Below, piece by piece: positions 54,662 to 59,208 of a stretch of 59,208 nucleotides of DNA. Origin of the DNA: Candidatus Hydrogenedentota bacterium. GTDB taxonomy: Bacteria > Hydrogenedentota > Hydrogenedentia > Hydrogenedentales > CAITNO01. A program made the translations under genes and the position numbers. The DNA lies in contig JAPXRP010000001.1 in assembly GCA_033813475.1 (NCBI GenBank), positions 1 to 59,208 on the forward strand, read 5' to 3'. The first letter of the stretch is position 1; every line of letters begins with the position of its first letter. Under the pieces are notes generated by a model. It was not told the DNA's origin, ran no database searches, and saw nothing but the letters and a program-made list of their open reading frames with translations.

Positions 54662-56332
54662 TCAGGTGCGCGCGCCAAAGGCCCTTTCCACCGCCTCCAC
54701 CAGCCCGCCGAGGGTGTGCTCCTCCGCCTCCCAGGCTATCGGCTTGCCCAGCTCTTCGAGCGTTTTGCTGGTGATTGGGCCGATGGATATGAAACGGCAA
54801 TTATTGTTATTTATCCAAAAGAGTCGGTTATCACCTGCAATTGCAAAGAAATTGCGGACGGCCGAGGGGCTGGCAAAGGTGACGGCATCGGGGCGGAAGC
54901 CGCCCAGCGTCTGGAGTTGCTCCTCCGTGGCCGGGACCGCCTCGGTGCGGTAGGTGATCAGGGCATGCACCTTGGCGCCTTGGGCGGAGAGGGTGTCCCG
55001 AATGAGCGGGCGCGCCAGATTCCCCTGGGGCAGCAGGATGGAGAGGCCCGCCAAACTGCCCGTCTGTTCCTGAAGCGCGGCGAGGAGGGATTCGCCCACG
55101 GCCTCCGGCGGGGTGAGGGCAGGGGAGAGGCCGTATTCCCGCAGGGCGTCGGCGGTGGCGGGGCCCACTGTGGCGATGCGGCACACCGCGAATTCCGCCA
55201 TGCCGCGTCCGTGGCGCTCCAGCAGGCGCGCGAACATCTGGACCGCGTTCACGCTGGTGAGCAGCACCCAGTCATAGTCCCCTGCGGGGCCGGGGGCGGG
55301 GGCGTTTTCTTCGGGGACAATGGTGAGGACAGGCAGGTCCATGACCTCGGCCCCGCGCTCCTCCAACAAGTCGTGGAGCTTCCCCGCTTGTTCCTCCGCC
55401 CGGGTGACCACGATCCGTTTTCCCGCGAGGGGACCGGGACAGTTGCGCGCCTCCAGAAGAAGCGCCGCCATCTTTTGTCCCAAGTCCTCCTGCCCGTCCG
55501 TTCCCACAATCCGCCGCCGCGTCTGGGGCCGGTCGTCCTCGCCGCCAAAACAGGCGTCGAGCACCAGCATGTCCCCCTCCATCCGGGCCAGCGCGCCCAC
55601 GGGGGCGGAGCAACCGGTGCCCAGGGCGGCCAGCACGGTGCGCTCGGCGGCCACGGCGTGGGCCGTGGCGGGGTCATGCAGCGCCGCCGCCAGGTTTGCC
55701 ATTTGGGCGTCGCCGCTGCGGATTTGCAGGGCCAGCGCGCCCTGTCCCGGCGCGGGGAGCATCAGTTCAGGGGGCAGGGCCCAGCCGTGCGCCTCCTCCA
55801 GCAGGCCCAGCCGCGCGAGGCCGGCGGCGGCGAGGACCGTGGCGTCCACCACGCCCTCGCGCACTTTTCGGAGCCGCGTGGGCACATTTCCGCGCAGGTC
55901 CGTGAAATTGAGGTCGGGCCGGAGCCGCGCGAGCTGGGCGCGGCGGCGCGGGCTGGACGTGCCGACCACCGCGCCTGGGGGCAGATCCGCCAGCGTGCCG
56001 CCGAAGCGGCTGACCAGCACATCCGCTGGGTTCTCCCGTGCGGGGATCGCGCCGAGGGTGAGGCCGGGCGTCATTTCCGTGGGCAGGTCCTTGAGGCTGT
56101 GGACCGCGCCGTCAATCCGTCCGTCGAGCAGGGCCTCCTCCAGTTCGCGGGTGAAGAGCCCCTTGCCGCCGATGGCGGGGAGGGGGCGGTCCTGGATGCG
56201 GTCGCCGGCGGTGCTGAAGATTTCCACCGTGACCTCCAGGCCGGGATGGGCCTCCTGAAGACGCTCCGCCACCCACCGGGTCTGGGCCAGGGCCAGCGCG
56301 CTGCCCCGCGACCCGAGGACGATCCGGCTCAC
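54662..56332 (-). CDS. hemCD: Fused hydroxymethylbilane synthase / uroporphyrinogen-III synthase
   Basis: ORF 54662..56644 is trimmed to GTG 56332, which overlaps the hemA stop (GTGA). 'RIVLGSRGSALALAQTRWV...GGKGLFTRELEEALLDGRIDGAVHSLKDLPTE' is HemC. A HemD-like half 'GKRIVVTRAEEQAGKL...' follows. Confidence 0.88.
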   Translation of the reverse strand: MSRIVLGSRGSALALAQTRWVAERLQEAHPGLEVTVEIFSTAGDRIQDRPLPAIGGKGLFTRELEEALLDGRIDGAVHSLKDLPTEMTPGLTLGAIPARENPADVLVSRFGGTLADLPPGAVVGTSSPRRRAQLARLRPDLNFTDLRGNVPTRLRKVREGVVDATVLAAAGLARLGLLEEAHGWALPPELMLPAPGQGALALQIRSGDAQMANLAAALHDPATAHAVAAERTVLAALGTGCSAPVGALARMEGDMLVLDACFGGEDDRPQTRRRIVGTDGQEDLGQKMAALLLEARNCPGPLAGKRIVVTRAEEQAGKLHDLLEERGAEVMDLPVLTIVPEENAPAPGPAGDYDWVLLTSVNAVQMFARLLERHGRGMAEFAVCRIATVGPATADALREYGLSPALTPPEAVGESLLAALQEQTGSLAGLSILLPQGNLARPLIRDTLSAQGAKVHALITYRTEAVPATEEQLQTLGGFRPDAVTFASPSAVRNFFAIAGDNRLFWINNNNCRFISIGPITSKTLEELGKPIAWEAEEHTLGGLVEAVERAFGART

Positions 56333-57627
56333 AGCTCCTCCTCCCCAAAGCCGAAAATCCGCCGGACCAGCATCAGGGCGGCCTCGGGGTCGTCCGTGCT
56401 CATCTCCTCCTTGAGCCGGGTGATGGGCCGCTGGAGGATGGCGTTGACGATGCGCTGGGACAGGCGCTCCACCTCGGCGCGCTGCGCCTCCGCGAGGCCG
56501 TTCATTTTTTCCAGGGCGCGGGCCAGCTCCCGCTCGCGGATGGCGTGGAACTCCTGCGCCAGCCAGAGGATGGTCGGCTCCGCGTGGAGGCTGCGCCGCC
56601 ACGCCATGAAACGTCCCACGGACTCCTCCACGATGGCCTCGCACTGCTCCATTTCCGCCTGGCGCATGCGCAGGTTGCGCTCCGCCGTCTGCTGGAGGTC
56701 GTCAATGTCGTAGTAGTAGACGTTGTCCACCTCGCCCGCCTTGCGGTCAATGTCGCGGGGCACGGCGATGTCAATGACGAGCATGGGGGCGCGGCCCCGG
56801 CGCTCCATGGCCGCGCGGAACTCCGCCTCGCCGAGCAGCGCCGCCTGGGCGCCCGTGCTGCCGATGACGATGTCCGCGCGGTGCAGGTGCTCCAGCACGT
56901 CCGCGAGGGCGGCCGCCTCGCCCCGGTACTTCTCCGCCAGCGACACGGCGCGCTCCAGCGTGCGGTTCAGCACGATGACCCGCGCGGTCCCCTTGGAGAC
57001 CACGCTCTTGAGGGCCTGCTCGCTTACGGGGCCGGAGCCCAGGATCATGACCGTCTTGTCCTCCAGGCTCTTCAGGACCGTCTCGGCGAGGTCCACAGCC
57101 ACGGAGGCGACGGAGATGCGCCCCTCGCCGATGCGCGTGCGCGTGCGGACATCCTTGCCGGTTTTCAGCGCGCGCTGGAAAAGCACGCCGATGATCTTGT
57201 CCGCCGCCCCCCGCTGGAGCGCCGCGTCGTAGGCCTGCTGCACCTGCCCCAGGATTTCCGTCTCGCCCACCACCATGCTGTCCAGGCTCGCCGACACCCG
57301 GAACAGGTGGCGCACCGCCTCCGCGTCGTTATGCTCATAGAGGAAGTCGCGGAACTCCGGCTCCTCCAGCCGGTTCCAGGCGGCGAGAAAGCCGCGCGCG
57401 AGGGCGTGCAGCGTCTCCACCGGCAGCGCCGCCCGCAGGTACACCTCCACCCGGTTGCAGGTGGACAGGAGCACGGCCCCCGCCTCGTCGTCCGCCGGGG
57501 CGGCGGCGCGCAGGCGCGCGTGCAGTTCGGCCAGGGCGCATTCCATGGCGTCCGTGCCGACCGCCATGCGCTCCCGCAGGGCGAGGGGGCTGGCGTGGTG
57601 GCTGAGTCCCGTGAGGGCGAGGGTCAT
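56329..57627 (-). CDS. hemA: Glutamyl-tRNA reductase
   Basis: ORF 56329..57876 is trimmed to the Met at 57627. 'MTLALTGLSHHASPLALRERMAV' and 'LSTCNRVEVY' are present. The NADPH motif is 'VMILGSGPVSEQ'. Confidence 0.9.
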   Translation of the reverse strand: MTLALTGLSHHASPLALRERMAVGTDAMECALAELHARLRAAAPADDEAGAVLLSTCNRVEVYLRAALPVETLHALARGFLAAWNRLEEPEFRDFLYEHNDAEAVRHLFRVSASLDSMVVGETEILGQVQQAYDAALQRGAADKIIGVLFQRALKTGKDVRTRTRIGEGRISVASVAVDLAETVLKSLEDKTVMILGSGPVSEQALKSVVSKGTARVIVLNRTLERAVSLAEKYRGEAAALADVLEHLHRADIVIGSTGAQAALLGEAEFRAAMERRGRAPMLVIDIAVPRDIDRKAGEVDNVYYYDIDDLQQTAERNLRMRQAEMEQCEAIVEESVGRFMAWRRSLHAEPTILWLAQEFHAIRERELARALEKMNGLAEAQRAEVERLSQRIVNAILQRPITRLKEEMSTDDPEAALMLVRRIFGFGEEEL

Positions 57628-57917
57628 GATGGCAAACCGTTCCAGGACGGCGGCCCATTCCGCCGTCGGGTCCATTCTACACGTCCGGCGAAAACCCGCG
57701 CGAATCGCGGGGTGCCTTCCGGGGCAGCCGGGACCGTGGCGGACACGCACGGACAAGGCCGGCGGGACGCCGGCGATACGGGATCCCCGCCCGCAGGCTC
57801 TTCCCGTACCGCCGCCGTCCCGGCGGCCTTGTCTTCCCCCGCTGCACGAGGCGCCATTTGCCCGCCGCTCCGGCATGGTACAATTTCTTCAGACAAGGAA
57901 ACGCAGGAGGACATGAG

Positions 57918-58103
57918 ATGAAACTCAGAGACTTCTGGTTCCGGGTGCTGGCGGCGTTTGCGGGGGCGCACGACCAGGCCCCCGGCGTGGACGCCCCGGC
58001 CGCCGACGCCGCGCGCACGGCGCGGGAGGCCGTCCCCCCCGCCCCTCCCAAGTCGGAGGAGCCCCCCCATTCCTGGAAAAGCCACGGAGGGGCACGCCAC
58101 TGA
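57918..58103 (+). CDS. Possible small A/P-rich protein (61 aa)
   Basis: The ATG is preceded by 'gcaggagga'. Composition is low-complexity, so it may not be coding. Confidence 0.25.
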   Translation: MKLRDFWFRVLAAFAGAHDQAPGVDAPAADAARTAREAVPPAPPKSEEPPHSWKSHGGARH

Positions 58104-58125
58104 TCCGCCCCTCCGGGGGGTGACG

Positions 58126-58159
58126 GAAAAAGGCCGGGAGCCGAAGCTCCCGGCCTTGG
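58126..58159. terminator. Bidirectional terminator-like hairpin
   Basis: A perfect 10-bp stem 'ggccgggagc' (58132-58141) pairs with 'gctcccggcc' (58146-58155) around the loop 'cgaa'. It is flanked by 'aaaaa' upstream, which reads as a T-run for the minus-strand gene ending at 58182. Confidence 0.6.
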
Positions 58160-58181
58160 AAGGGCGGGGGTCAGGCGGCCG

Positions 58182-59066
58182 TCAGGCCATGACGCCGAAG
58201 CATTTCAGCGTGGCCTTCAGAATGTCGTCGTTGTTCTTCGTGGTGGACCCGCACTCCAGGGCGACAAAGCCGTCGTAGCCCGTCTCGGCGATGGCCTTGA
58301 AGATGTTCGCGTAGTTCAGCTCGCCGGAGCCCGGCTCCTTGCGGCCCGGGTTGTCCGCCACATGGAAATGGCCGATCCGGTCAATGTTTTTGGTGAAGTT
58401 GCGGATCACATTGCCCTCCGTGATCTGCTGGTGGTAGATGTCGAAGAGCATCTTCACGCGCGGGCTGCCGACCTCCTGGATGACCTCCATGGTCTGGTCG
58501 GTACGCGTCAGGAAGAAGCCCTTGTGGTCCACCAGCGGGTTCAGCGCCTCCAGCACGATGAGCACGTCGTTCTGCTCGGCGATGGGGGCCAACCGCTTCA
58601 GGCACTTCACCATGTTTTCCATCTGCTTCTCGTGGGACAACTTTCGGTTGGTGTTGCCCGACAGGCCGATGAGCCGCTTGCAGTTCAGCGCCTTCGCCAG
58701 GACGATCCGGTCCTCGAACTGCTTCACGAGCCGGTCATGGTCGTCCGGGTCCACCATCTGGCCGGGGGCGATGGCGCCCGCGCCCACGATGCAGCTCAGC
58801 TCCACGCCCAGCGCGTCCGCCTTCGCGCGCGTCGCCGCGGGGTCGCACTCGGGGTTCAGCCACTCGTAGGCCGGGAACCCCCACTCCGCCACCTTGTCCA
58901 GCTTCTCCTCCGTGGTGCCCGTGAACCAGTCAATGGGCACCGACATCTTCAGGGGCAGCTCTGAGAACGGGCCCTTCGGGGCCGCCGACGCCACGTGCGT
59001 CCGCGCCAGCAGCGCCGCCGCGCCGCCCGCCGCCGCGCTGCTCAGGATGAAATCTCTCCGGTTCAT
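58182..59066 (-). CDS. Tat-exported xylose-isomerase-like TIM-barrel protein (hydroxypyruvate isomerase-like)
   Basis: ORF 58182..59189 is trimmed to the Met at 59066. 'MNRRDFILSSAAAGGAAALLA' is a Tat signal. 'GHFHVADNPGRKEPGSGELNYANIFKAIAETGYDGFVALE' matches the Hyi-like pattern. Confidence 0.8.
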   Translation of the reverse strand: MNRRDFILSSAAAGGAAALLARTHVASAAPKGPFSELPLKMSVPIDWFTGTTEEKLDKVAEWGFPAYEWLNPECDPAATRAKADALGVELSCIVGAGAIAPGQMVDPDDHDRLVKQFEDRIVLAKALNCKRLIGLSGNTNRKLSHEKQMENMVKCLKRLAPIAEQNDVLIVLEALNPLVDHKGFFLTRTDQTMEVIQEVGSPRVKMLFDIYHQQITEGNVIRNFTKNIDRIGHFHVADNPGRKEPGSGELNYANIFKAIAETGYDGFVALECGSTTKNNDDILKATLKCFGVMA

Positions 59067-59208
59067 CGTGTGCTCTCCGTTGGTTGAGGGGAAAACCGTC
59101 CGAATCGCCGACCAGTGTACCGGACCCCCTTTCCGCGTTGCCAGATTTCCGCCGGGCGGTGGACAAGAGACGGTGGGAACCGGGGTCACACCGGGAACGA
59201 GATTGCCG

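Noticed and set aside
57858-58103. The 81-aa ORF upstream of hemA as a real gene.
   Set aside because: I kept only a shorter 61-aa version, at low confidence. Its A/P-rich low-complexity sequence and lack of motifs mean it may be non-coding leader or promoter DNA.
1-59208. A search for tRNA, rRNA, transposase, integrase, reverse transcriptase or cas genes.
   Set aside because: I recognised none in any intergenic region or ORF translation. A tRNAscan or Infernal run would be needed to exclude small RNAs formally.

Overview
This is a 59.2 kb chromosomal segment from a high-GC bacterium. Individual 60-nt lines hand-count at about 65-70 % G+C. I call about 40 protein-coding genes and found no rRNA, tRNA, transposase, integrase or CRISPR array. 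All family assignments come from motifs I recognise by eye, not from searches.

Gene content is typical of a glycan-degrading PVC/Planctomycetota-like or candidate-phylum organism (inference):
- 0.2-13.5 kb: a sulfated/rhamnose-glycan utilisation cluster. It holds a GH78-like enzyme, an OPA-family MFS transporter, an unknown 675-aa exported protein, two Cys-type sulfatases with Tat signals, a TolB-propeller/esterase fusion and a LamG protein.
- 14.3-21.1 kb: a type III R-M-like operon, followed by a radical SAM gene.
- 22.2-27 kb: mtlD-like gene, then E2, HEPN/MNT and E3.
- 27-37.4 kb: lipoprotein, giant polytopic membrane protein, cca, orphan receiver, mrfA/mrfB-like repair pair, TPR protein and yhbY.
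- 38-52.8 kb: a true GH78, then a long minus-strand array of galK, hemB, URO-D-like, GH38-like, GH51 and a second URO-D-like gene with two tiny membrane proteins.
- 53-59 kb: ceramidase-like protein, hemCD fusion, hemA and a Tat-exported sugar-phosphate isomerase-like protein.

The best candidate for an undescribed system is the four-gene, translationally coupled mod-X-Y-res operon at 14343-21109. A DUF488 fusion protein and an unrecognisable 277-aa protein sit between a type III methyltransferase and its helicase-nuclease. The methyltransferase carries a sharply AT-richer central cassette, and REP-like repeats mark the upstream edge.

Other notable points:
- a HEPN/MNT pair nested inside an E2-E3 operon;
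- a LamG jelly-roll split by a 7-bladed propeller;
- an MFS transporter with a roughly 87-aa loop insertion;
- URO-D-family paralogues that are not hemE;
- a family of composite intergenic palindromes.

The many very long R/G/P/A-rich ORFs antisense to real genes are treated as high-GC shadow ORFs.
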